A stretch of 64,000 bases of DNA from Octopus sinensis (taxonomy: Eukaryota). The stretch is taken from assembly GCF_006345805.1 (NCBI RefSeq), contig NC_043000.1, positions 145,266,001 through 145,330,000 of the forward strand. Reading direction: 5' to 3'. The translations under genes and the position numbers were made by a program. Below, piece by piece: positions 12,669-25,020 of the stretch (positions within the stretch are counted from its first letter, which is position 1; every line of letters begins with the position of its first letter). The notes beneath the pieces are model-generated. The model worked only from the letters and a program-made list of their open reading frames with translations, was not told the origin of the DNA and searched no databases.

Positions 12669-12754
12669 AAATGTTCTTTGTAAAATTATTTTAGCATTTT
12701 CTATTTTGACTTGTTTTTTCATATATATCAACTCGTGTGTTCCTTTTCACCCTT

Positions 12755-12812
<58 letters not shown>

Positions 12813-12832
12813 TACATACACATATATATTAA

Positions 12833-12865
<33 letters not shown>

Positions 12866-12869
12866 GTAC

Positions 12870-12901
<32 letters not shown>

Positions 12902-12906
12902 GTGTA

Positions 12907-12946
<40 letters not shown>

Positions 12947-13062
12947 ATAACTTCAACCGTGCTTTTTCTGTTGTGATTTTTGCTACCCAGGTATCGGTAT
13001 CATTTGAATTATCCGTAATAAGATAATTCACTTATCTACTTCAATATATATATATATATATA

Positions 13063-13115
<53 letters not shown>

Positions 13116-15099
13116 TATATATATATATATACATACTAGATCAATATTGTGAAAATTAACAACGTTCGTGAGGAATCTATCGTCGGAGAGTTCCAATAAA
13201 TAAGCATTAAACTATTCTAGTTATTAAATATATCGTCTTCGTTATAAAAACTGCTAATTTCATGGCGTCCCATAAATTTGCGACGAATTGTATGGCTTCC
13301 ATACATTTTGCTTTTGATTGCGGTTCTTTCCTGCATCTTTCCTTTTTGGTATTTTTGTGGGGAGGGGGGTTCTACACAACAAATTGTCTCTATCTCTTAT
13401 ATCCTTATAGTCCCCCATGTTGCAGATATCTGACAATAATTTGAGGGGGATATCTTGTGTTTTCTTGCCGTTCAAAATACAGTGACATACGAACGAATTT
13501 TTCCTGCCACGATGCTATATCAGGAAGATTGTTGCGCCACCGCAATGCTCACCTGAGGAACCAGTATATTTCTGGTAGCACCAGCGAATGCAGAAGAGTT
13601 GGAACCACTAACCCTATTACATGTTGCATTTTTCATTTATTCCTTTCTTTACTGAAATATATGCGTTCTGGTTGTTCTTTCTTTCGTTATTTATGTTAGT
13701 TAAATTCCTAAAAATAATAGTATTTCCTGTTAGAAGTTGATTAGGAGAAAAATACATAAGTGTCTCTTTTGCTTTGCTTTGTTTTGTTTTCTTATTTTGT
13801 TAACTGCTGTTAAAAATATTTATTTCCATTAAAATTTGAAGAAGGGGATGGTTTTCTTGAGGTATATTTGCATATTTCTCCCTACAGTCTATAATTTATT
13901 TCTTGTAATTTTCATTATAATTGGGAAGAGGGGAACCGATTAAAATACATGTTAAAGTATTAGAATTATTACGAAATGCGAGAGCGACAGGAAAGACCTT
14001 AACAATAATACTTTATTCATTTAGAGGCTGATGCCCAACAACAATGTTCAATCCGTCTATATATCAACATATCCGTTGCAAATATATCTAGATTAATCCA
14101 AGAAATTGTAAAGAAGTAATGCAATGTGTATATTCTCATATACATACATATAGATGCGAGTGTTTGTGTTTGATTGTGTGTGCGTGTGTGTGTGTGATTG
14201 TGTGTGCGGGCGTATGTATATGTATGTGCGTGTGTGAGAGAAAGAGAGAGAATGTGCGTCCACAATATTATGAAATTACCTACTGTGTTTGACAAATAGC
14301 CAATGAACATGAACATTTGTTACATTACTCCTCAAATAGATGCCTCAGAGATAAATTTGTATTACTATTTCATTAATCCACTGTTATAAGTGGATAGGCT
14401 TCGATGTTTATTGTCTATAGGTAATCGTTACAAGAAAAGTGAATAAAATGTAGTATAATGTAGAGATATTTACTGATAACCTTTTCGTTTATTATATTCC
14501 TATAAGTGTTATATAAACATCGTATGATAGTCACTGTGACACCTTTAAAATTGAATATGTATAAATCATATAGAATATAGACCGCATTACAGTTACGACT
14601 TACGATATGTATATGTGTGTATGTGTGTGTGTGTACATATATGTATAGATGTTCGTATATATGTGTGTATGCTTCCGGATGCATGCGTGTGTGAGCGGTT
14701 GTGCGTGTGTGTGTGTGTGTGTGTGTGCATAGAATTATATGACAATGAACAGATATTCTTCAGTGTATGTTCATGTTGTTTGCGAGTTTTCGAATCGGAC
14801 ATTGAGAGAATGAGAATCAAATTTTCAAAATATACAAAATGTGATTGTTTCGACAGACTAAATATTTTTGAATATGTTGTCACATCCTGGTCACAGAAGG
14901 GTGAATGAAACCAGAAGCAGAGAATGTCTGCCAACATATGAATACACCGCTTTCACCCATCGTATAATTTTTCTGGACATTAATGCATACAGTCAAACTT
15001 TGTTACACAACTATTACAATTCAACACTTACCCACACATACACACATACATGGTGGCTGCCCCCTCGTTATCGAGTATGGCCGTTGCGCGAAGTTTAAT

Positions 15100-15594
15100 C
15101 AATGTTGTTATCGTGCAATGCCTGTGGAAGAAGATTTTTTTTAAAGTGAGGAAAGGCTGTGCACTGAGTCAATCCCACTCAACAGCAGCCATAATCCAAA
15201 AAGAAGAACAAGTAAATCTCATCGGTAATCACTGAGCCGCAGGTTTTATGTCGGAGTTATCCCAGTTACCTGAATTACCTTCTCCTAGAAGGATGCCCTA
15301 ACAAAGGCTAGGAGTCCTTCGCTCCCAATGGTTTTAACTGCGCGATCGGGTGTTCAGTCCGATTATTTCTATGTTCCCGCGCATGATACAGCCTTAAGAC
15401 ATTTATTGGATGGCCGTTGACTCTCAAAAGTTCCTCCGCCCTTTGACGAGTTTTGTTTTTCAACACGCAGGGTGTCCAATAAACACACTCCTCACCAAGT
15501 AAGCTTGGTGGGGTTGCCGGTTTAGTCACCGACGACCCGACCATGCAACAGGTTGTACTGGGTTACATGTTACCAGTAGCACTCGAAAGTGACC
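15100..15594 (-). mobile_element. RTE-clade LINE 5' UTR-like fragment without an ORF
   Basis: Contains GGTGAGGAG..., GAGAGTCAACGGCC and GGGCATCC..CTAGGAGAAGG..AACTC, motifs I recall from RTE/BovB-type 5' UTRs; its 5' end abuts (ATGT)n. Confidence 0.55.
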
Positions 15595-15596
15595 TG

Positions 15597-15628
<32 letters not shown>

Positions 15629-15652
15629 GCATACATACGTATATATATATAC

Positions 15653-15686
<34 letters not shown>

Positions 15687-15709
15687 GTATGTATGTATAT
15701 ATATATGTA

Positions 15710-15760
<51 letters not shown>

Positions 15761-18700
15761 TTATATATATATTTATATGTATGTATGTATATGTATGCAC
15801 ACACACATATATATTCCTTGCAAATCTGTAATGCTACGTGAGAGAAATTGTTCGAGAAGGAATGTCATTATTTACTTGCTCAGAATGCGTTACAGTAAAT
15901 TTAAACGTTGAAGTGCGTCATGCCTTTTTTAATAGTAGTCACATTTTATTAGGAAACGTTTCGCTTGAATATTTGTTAGTTCACAATTCATGCTTCAAAA
16001 TATTGGATTTGCACATCGTAAGAGGTGGAAAGCTATGTTAAATGACATATAAACACTTTTTGACAGAAGAAAACAAAATCTCTTTATGCAATCATGGTTA
16101 TATTTCTGCACTTTTCATAAAGATTTAATTGATCTTATAATGTATTGCTGTACATGTAGGTTGCCTTTACAGTTGCATATATATGTCAAAGTTTTTGGGA
16201 CGGGAAATCTTTTACGGGCATGATATTGCTGGTCACATTTGAAATAACGTTTGAAATAACATTTATAACTTAGTTATATCTATATTTGTTAACAAATTGT
16301 TATACTATTGTTACCACTAGCCATATTTCCGTACACTCATTTTCATTTAACACTATTTTTAAAAAGCCCATGTTTCATTTTCCTATCAATTTATTGCGTA
16401 CATGTCTGTATAAACTGGAAAATTGAAAGTTCTTATTTGTGTATTATACTATACCTGTTTCAATTAGCAAAGCATAATTCTTAGTTTAATTTATCTCTAA
16501 TACATGTATACTTACTTTAAATGAGCTGATTGTTTTGCATATTCCTTATATTGTTCGAATACAGGAAATTGTTCTTCACATTATATACTAGTTCAATGTA
16601 TTAAATATAATTACATGGAAAATATTTTAAGCAAAGAACATCGTGCTGCTACAGTTATTTACCAAAGCATTTTTAGAGTTGAATTGAATTTTAGAGATTC
16701 CACTTCGCTTTCATTTCCTACATATTGAATCTTCCCATCTACTCTTATTTTGTATAGAATATGCATATATTTTGAACAAGACACCTGCATATCTCTTATT
16801 TCAATTTTAAACACCACAACAGTTTTAGCTAAACTAAATATATTTTGGAGTGATAATTAATTTGATTATTGTATGACCACGTGGTAGTTAATCTTACTTT
16901 GCTGCTATGTGCTTCGTGATCCAATTACATTGCACAATCTACTGAGCTCCCTTGATCTTAAATAAACTTGTAAGTGTTATTTATTGAAGTTTAGTAGCCC
17001 CACATTTGTATTTCCTCCGTGTGTGTGGTCGGCCGTATGTGAATGCCTCTATGTACGAGTGTTGCTTGTTTATTTCTATTTTATATCTAAGAACGGTATA
17101 TAATTGCTGAGATATTTACAAATAAACCTTATGTCGCACTGAAAACGTCTTGATGTCAGATTTGCAGCGGGCTAGTGATATCTATAAATTCGAGTATGCT
17201 GTAAATTCCTATATACGATAGAAAACGTGAAAATACACCTTAAAAGAAACTCTATCTTAAGAGAAAGATGTATCTTAGAATAATTACCTTTTTGATTATA
17301 TAATCATTTATTTTAGTGGATTTTTGTGGATATCGGATTTACATTATTACATTTCATGGAGTTTAGATTTCCAATATATACATACCCATGTTACAGCATC
17401 TATGTTAATTAATTAAAACATTTAGTAGCGAAGATTTATGCCAGAAAGTAAATCGAAACTTGATTATGAAATAACTGATATGAGAAGTCCCGTGAAATTT
17501 ACACACATCTTAATTAATATCGATCAAACAAAAATTATTATTGGAGGAACATAAAAAGGAAAACGATTGTGCGTTTTGTGTTACCTTATATCCTTTCCAC
17601 GCATGTATCATTGCCAACTGCCATAGGTTTAAAAAGTGATGCATTGACGACTTTATGAATATTGTATAATATTCATGATCTTCATTCATTTTGGTTAATT
17701 CATCTTATACGTTTCTTACGCTGGGTGTAGATGATATAATAGAATATATACTTCTTTATATGATGAAACCATACATATGCATACTTTTCTGTGGTATATT
17801 CCTGAGATAAAAGGCAATGATCGTTCTAACGTTAATTCATCTTTGTCAGCCTCAAACTCACATGTCGAAAACTTAACTTAAACTTAGATGTGAATTCGTA
17901 GTATACATAACATAAAATCCGTTTACTAGGCTGTAATTAACAATTTAAATGTTCGTGTTTGCGAAGAAATATGAATAGGACTCTACGACAATTTTAAGAC
18001 TCAGTTTCTTTGAACATAATTATAATCGCTTCTGTTTGCTTGTCTTGCGTACTAATGGAAGTTACAAGTGGGTAGCGTATGATTGCTATATGAATATAAA
18101 AAGAAACTATAAAGATGACACTTAATATATATCACATGAACAGATAATCAAGAAGTACTAAATATATTATGTTGAGTTAAATGATGATGATGATGATAAT
18201 GATGATGATGAGGACGATGATAAACACACATACATTTTTATGTGTACGGCAGCAAGTGTATAGAAAGAGAGATAGAGATAGAATCAGAGGCAAGGACAGA
18301 GGCAGGTACAGAACCAGAGAGTATTAATATAAAGAAAGCCTGTCTTTGGAACTACAATCAGAGTAACGTTTTAATTAAAACGTTTTTCGTTAGATGGTTT
18401 TCAAATTTCCAAGATATATGCATCAAATACAAAGCGTGGAAAGACTTTTCATTTCTGACATGTGTAGCAGGTCTGGGCCTGCTTGTAATTTGTGCACTTT
18501 GAATTACGCCGACCGAATTACATTGTAAGTGCGTACAGTATCCGATGGAAATGATATAAGAGAAATATGAAATCAGAATGATCTAAACTACGTATATAAA
18601 TAATTTCAAATAGTTATCAATATTTTATGCTGCGAGACTGCCTCTTCAGCAACATTAAAATTGACTTAAGTAATATGAAGTGAATATGCAAATAAAATAA

Positions 18701-19239
18701 AGTAATGCTATCGTTAACTTTGAGGATTTGACTGATGTTCCCTATTATCAATGACATTTTCCACCATAAGAATCTGTTGATGAGTTTTATCCAAGTTTTT
18801 CAAATGTACTTACATTATTGTAAGTAATACACTGGTATCTAAGATAGATGTAGCTAATATTTCTTGCTGGTCGAACGCTTTGATTAAATCAACACTTCTA
18901 CATGCTCATATAATTCTCAAATAACCATTTACCACATTAACACGAGGCCATATACCACTGCAGAGAGAAATAATCTATTTAATTGATAACATTACGTGGC
19001 AAGTAAGTATATCATTTAATCGCAGGTGATGTAATACGAAATTCGAAAACTGTTTGTTTTAAATTTGGAATTTAAAAGAATTTAATGTTAGAACTAAAGC
19101 CTCAAAATCTTTTCCCTCGTGCTCTCTACTACCACCATTTAATAATAGGAATTATCAATAAAATTGTAAACTAAGGCAATATGACCTCTGCCTCAAAAGT
19201 AATAATATTTTTAATAAACTCATGAGGAACAACAATAGA

Positions 19240-19418
19240 TGCAACGGAAGATGAAATATCAATGTTGCTGATTGTAATGATGTAAATAATATTGATGAAT
19301 ATGATATTGCAGAAATTATTACGATGATGTCGACGATCACGATGAAGATTGCGATGATGATGATGACGATGATGATGACGATGATGATGATAATGATGAT
19401 GATGATGGTGATGATGAC

Positions 19419-19449
<31 letters not shown>

Positions 19450-19450
19450 T
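19240..19450. repeat. Decaying (GAT)n microsatellite
   Basis: Direct inspection. Confidence 0.85.
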
Positions 19451-22400
19451 CGAGAAAATCAAAACTAAAAGCTTGCATTAATCTGCCACCGTGATTTCAA
19501 TCAATTTAACTATAAATTTGCTTTTTATTTAGTATCGATTAGCTAGAAATGAAATTGCCAAATGATGGAAGATTTCTGTTTAATTGAAAAGAATTTAAAG
19601 CTTTTAATAATCAAATGTTCAATAAAAGTCGATTATCGATATTGCGGCTGGTTGTAGTGTTTTCCTATTTCTTTGAAAAATAGATAAGTAAAAACAATAT
19701 CATTAAAACGAGCAGAGAAAATACTACAAATATCAATTGAAATAAAAGGAAATTAATCAAAATATTAGTGTATGTTCGTGTTTGTTTGCTTTGGTATGTG
19801 AGAATATATACAAAATTATAAATAAAATAAGCAGAAACAAAATTTAGATAAGGAATAATTGCAATATTTCAAGGCAAGATTATGAAAAATTAAAAGTGGA
19901 ATGTTTATTTTAAAAAATGTAATTGGAAACATAAAATTAATCATACAGTCATGGAGAAACGATTGAACGTAGTGCGAATTTTTTACTTGCATGTAGAAAT
20001 GAACTATGAAGTAAAGCATGATACGATAGAATATTTTATGCGAGAAATACTTCCCTGATAGAAAAATAATTAAAATCTAGAGTATATTTTGCTATAAGAA
20101 ATTCCATACATGCATCATTCTATATTAATATCGATATGATAAAATTGACTCTATCAGCACAAAAATTATATTTAGTCGAACTGTATATAGAATATTTTAT
20201 AGTAGATGAGTTCATAAACAGTAAGTCAAATGAAACTAAGTCATTAAGCAGGCATTGCATTCGTGCTAAGTAGGTAAATTTCAATGTACTTCTTTTTCTA
20301 ATTTTTAAATATGTTATTTTATGTTGTGATACATGAATGTTTTACAGAATTTGAAAATGTGCATGGCTTTCGAAATATACACGCTTCTAATTTCTTGAAG
20401 GAACAAAATATATTACACTTTATATTCTCATAACATTTTACACTAAATATTTTCATGAAATTTTAATTTGATTTGGAATCCATCTGCTTATTTCATCACT
20501 TATTCATGAAACATAAAGCGAAGCAAAGTTAAAACATGAATTCTGTAAGCCATCTCCAGTAACCATGTGGAATTTTCCTATATATGGCTGTAAGGATACG
20601 ACAATATCACGAGAAAATGTAGGCTCTTGAGGTAAATCGGAATATGTGTTACACTAAATGAAATCTTACCAACTTTATTTCAATAAACAGTAATAATTTT
20701 GATTTTGATAGCAACATATATATAACGTTTTTCTCATATATTATCACAAACATTCCAATCAAAGGAATTTCATAAACAACGGGTACTCTGCTTTTCAGTG
20801 AGACGATGTTAAGGATGATGCTAGTTGGCTATATTGAGGTGAAATAATCATGGATATTTGACAGCATCCTAAACTTATAACGTGTGGCCTGTTCTTGTGA
20901 CTGATGAGAGCTGTTGATATTAACAACATTCACAAATATCACTTTTGGAAGCAAGGAAGCATAATCTCAGTGTTATTGCTGGCTTTCTATGTATGAGTGG
21001 GTAGAATAATCTTAGAATGAGATTTCAGATATTATATTGAATATTGTTCCACAATCATCTCTACTCTCAGTGTGAAACAGTAACTAAGCGGTGTTCATGT
21101 GAAATAAACTGTACTCCTGATAACAGTTTTCTATCCACACGTGCCTGGAAGTACAATTCGTTAAAGCAAGCATTCTACTATTCATTGGGTGAAGCATTTG
21201 AACAGACTTTTACAGCTTATTTGGAATTACCAGGGTAAAACTGTGAGCATACGCATGATCTTAGTGTAATCAATGAGATGTTATAATGTGAGTTCGAGAG
21301 CCTGAAATTGAGATCAGTAAGATATTCTACACGCAAAACATACTACGTGCTCGGTTTTCCTGAAAACATATGCCTGTCCAAATTTTTGTCAGTAATATAT
21401 ACGGACAATATTTGTCAGGCTGAGTATCAGCATAAAAGTGAACGAGAATTTATAACCGCTCTAATCAGAGAAACAGCTTCTCTCTATGAATATAATGCCT
21501 CTTCTCGCAGAAATCCTATAGAATGTGCAATCATTCAATTCCCGAACCAATGTAGATATTAACTAGATAAGGCAAATGCCTTCTCGAATCAATACATACG
21601 ACCATATAATGAAGCAGATTGTAAGTGAAGAACCTCTACAATAATGTTGCTTAGCAATACAGAATATGACAAAAATGAAGATTCAAAGAGTTCAATATTA
21701 TGACGTTTATACATTCGTTTCTATATACCTTCCCTTGAACGCTTTAGAGTCACAATAAATATTATTCATACTAATGATGAATAAAAGGTAAACTTTTATA
21801 TTCTAAAACAATTTTCCTACGTTTAGAGTACAGATATTTGAACCATTCTGCCTATATGCGTTGATATATACGACGAACAGATATTTCAGAATAAATTTGA
21901 TTAACCATATTAATCACATAGGAAAATATAAAAAGTGATCATTCAAAATATATTTCAGTGAATACGACAGAACTGACACATGACAATTTTAGAAATGAAA
22001 AAAAACAAAACAATTATTACTATTTAATAATTAGGTATGTAAAACTGAAAAAATACATCTTACTATATGAAAAGCAAAAATTAAACCCTCGAAGAAGAAA
22101 CAATAACAGTTAAAAACCAATCACTAGTTATCCTATGATATATTATAGATAAAATGATTTGACGCCTTATCTGATCAATCATGAAACAGCATAATAGCTA
22201 ACAACGCCAGAAACAATAATGCAACTCAGTTTAAAACTGCACTGGCATATTTGATACGTTCCATATCTGCCTGATATTATTTATTTCCCATTCATGCTGA
22301 CATCGTACTACTTCCTTCAGGTTTTAAACATGAATCATCGTTAACTCACAATAGTTTTTAACGGTCTATTTTATACACGGAGAAGCGATATATAAGTTAT

Positions 22401-22629
22401 TGCGGTTATTTGCAACTCTCAGAAAACCACAAGTTAACAATATTGTAGCAGTATTGGCATGTCCTTTTATTAGTGATACAGGCCACTCTTTGCGCTATCA
22501 CACGCCGATGAAGAAATGTGTATAAAGGCATAAGCACTTTTCCATTAGGCACAACGATACTACACATGGAATGAGTAAAACAAGATAGTTTGAGTCTTTA
22601 TTAAAGGCGTATTAGGGATTTTCTTTTTC

Positions 22630-22883
22630 TTTTTACTCTCTCTCTCTCTTTTACTCTTTTATTTGTTTCAGTCATTTGACTGCGGCCATGCTGGAGCACC
22701 GCCTTTAATCGAGCAACTCGACCCCAGGACTTATACTTTTGTAAGCCCAGTACTTATTCTATCGGTCTATTTTGCCGAACCGCTAAGTAACGGGGACATA
22801 AACACACCAGCATCGGTTGTCAAGCAATGCTAGGGGGACAAACACAGACACACGTACACACACACACACACACACACATACAT

Positions 22884-22914
<31 letters not shown>

Positions 22915-23079
22915 CGACGGGCTTCTTTCAGTTTCCGTCTACCAAATCCACTCACAAGGCTTTGGTCGGCCAGCGGCTATAGTAGAAGACACTTGCCGAA
23001 GGTGCCACGTAGTGGGACTGAACCCGGAACCATGTGGTTGGTAAACAAGCTACTTACCACACAGCCACTCCTGCGCCTA
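22630..23079 (-). mobile_element. Full-length tRNA-derived SINE (CORE-like centre, internal (TA)/(TG) microsatellite; octopus OR-type by recollection)
   Basis: Minus-strand head with A box TGGCTGTGTGG and B box GGTTCAGTCCC; centre GCACCTTCGGCAAGTGTCTT; tail CAGTCAAATGACTGAAAC followed by (TAAAAGAG)n. Related copies at 28755, 36805, 46525, 48853 and 62890. Confidence 0.88.
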
Positions 23080-23247
23080 TTTTTTCATTGTTTATTTTTT
23101 CTGCTTCTAATTTCAGCAGGAAACCTTCTGTCAAGCTGGTGCTCAAGTGTTAGCTTACATATACTTGCACAACCTGATACCCCCTCTGATATATGGCATG
23201 CGATAAATGATAGGGTTTGATGTTGCTGCTCTCATTTGAGTTTCCAG

Positions 23248-23840
23248 CAGCGCCGTCTAGCCAATCAGCTACTCTGTGCTGAGAAAGAACAATAACTCAG
23301 GAACCCGTCCACAGATGTTCCTTTGAGCTGGATGTGGGTGAGAGTTCTCCTGTTCGAAAATATAAGGACACAGATATTGTGTCGTGTAGCTAGCTGGCAA
23401 TCCACGTTTCTTGGGGCTACACAACAGTAACTTTCATCCCACCCGGTACTGCCACCTTATGTTAGCAAACAGTCTTTACTTAAAAGTACTCTAATCGAAT
23501 GTCTATCTTTGAGAGTTTTAGAAATATTAATGTTTCTATATATTAGGTAAGTGTATATGTATAACTTTGGAAATTATATATTTTCGAACGGGAATTCTGC
23601 AGCGCAGTCTAGACGAGCGGCTACTCTGTGCTAAGAAAAGGCAATAACACAGAAACCGGTCCATGGATATTGCTTTTTGCCGGATAGGGGTGCTGAGCTC
23701 CCCTGTTCCAAAATATTAGGACAGATATTGCGCCGTATAGCCAGATGGATACGACGTTTCCTGGGGTTAAACAACAGCACCATTCATCACATCCGTTACC
23801 AAATGTCTCCCTTTGAGTACTTTAGAAACAATGTTTCTAT
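23248..23840. repeat. Old tandem duplication (23248-23540 and 23600-23840)
   Basis: Shared blocks GCTACTCTGTGCT.AGAAA, CAGATATTG, CGTTTC.TGGGG.TA.ACAACAG and AATGTTTCTAT; offset 352 bp at the start. Confidence 0.8.
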
Positions 23841-23848
23841 TTATAAAT

Positions 23849-23886
<38 letters not shown>

Positions 23887-23949
23887 GTCTGTATATATAT
23901 ATATATAAATATATGTATATATATATGTACATATGTATATATATCTCTC

Positions 23950-23996
<47 letters not shown>

Positions 23997-24033
23997 TTAT
24001 ATATATATACATATAGTAAGGGCAACATTTCCT

Positions 24034-24470
24034 TTACGAGAACGTACTCCTACTTTTGACTAAGTGATGTGTCCTTCGGGTGCTTGGCAAAAAGGTGGTA
24101 GTCAATACGGCCCAGTGTGTCCCCATGTAGTTCTTTGGCATGTTGATAGAGTATGGGGATTGTTTCTTGCCTCTATACTTTTTCCAATGCTTGTTCAGTC
24201 TCTCCTCTATACTCCTAGATGACTCCGCAATGGGTGTCATATCTCTCTCTTTACACTGCCCCCCCTTACGCTGTAGACTGTATTTTTAGGATTAGAGGTA
24301 ATAGTGCATACTACGCGGTTCTCATTAGTGCATGTCCTGTTTTCGAAATGTTAGGTCATATATAACTGGAGCTCTTGGAGCTCCCTGGTTTCTCAACTAT
24401 CCTATTCTGGCCTTGGTTGTCATTCAGAGGTCTCCTAAACCTACGGGCTAATTACCCATGGATTGTGGCT
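24034..24470 (-). mobile_element. Penelope-like element GIY-YIG endonuclease fragment
   Basis: RIVEKPG..CTNENRVVC..KNTVYSV..CKERD..IAESSRSIEERLNKH matches the C..C..NVVY..C..C..YIGET.R.L..R..EH pattern. Confidence 0.7.
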
Positions 24471-24515
24471 TCTACACACTCTTTGATATATATCAACTAT
24501 GTACCGTGTATATAT

Positions 24516-24519
<4 letters not shown>

Positions 24520-24576
<57 letters not shown>

Positions 24577-24613
24577 ATATATATATAGATACATATATAT
24601 ATATATATATATG

Positions 24614-24653
<40 letters not shown>

Positions 24654-24860
24654 TATATATATATAAATATACATACATACACACACAACACACTCATATA
24701 TATATATGAACAAATAATCCTTAAAATCCTTTAAAATGTTTCAGCCCGAAGGCTGCGGCCATGCTGGGGCACCACCGTTATACATACATATAAACATATA
24801 TAGATACACGAATATATAGGGATATATATATATATTATATATATATGTATATATATCCAC

Positions 24861-24924
<64 letters not shown>

Positions 24925-24949
24925 ATATGTATATATTATATATATATAA

Positions 24950-25016
<67 letters not shown>
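24520..25016. repeat. Compound (TA)n arrays with a short SINE/LINE 3'-tail fragment near 24720-24777
   Basis: Direct inspection; GTTTCAG..GCTGCGGCCATGCTGGGGCACC matches the SINE tail at 22665. Confidence 0.85.

Positions 25017-25020
<4 letters not shown>

Larger units (their letters stand above)
12283..12728. repeat. Near-perfect palindrome: 214 bp arms (12283-12496, 12515-12728), 18 nt loop, inserted in (TA)n; probably derived from a Penelope pseudo-LTR, or MITE-like
   Basis: Paired coordinates sum to 25011 at both ends (no indels); two mismatches found by eye. Confidence 0.93.
12171..13044 (+). repeat. Two diverged ~100 bp direct repeats (12171-12272 and 12951-13044), each followed by (TA)n
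   Basis: Both contain CTTCAACCGTG, TTTGCTACCCAGGTATCGGTTA, GAATTATC and GATAATTCA; offset 780 bp. Confidence 0.85.
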
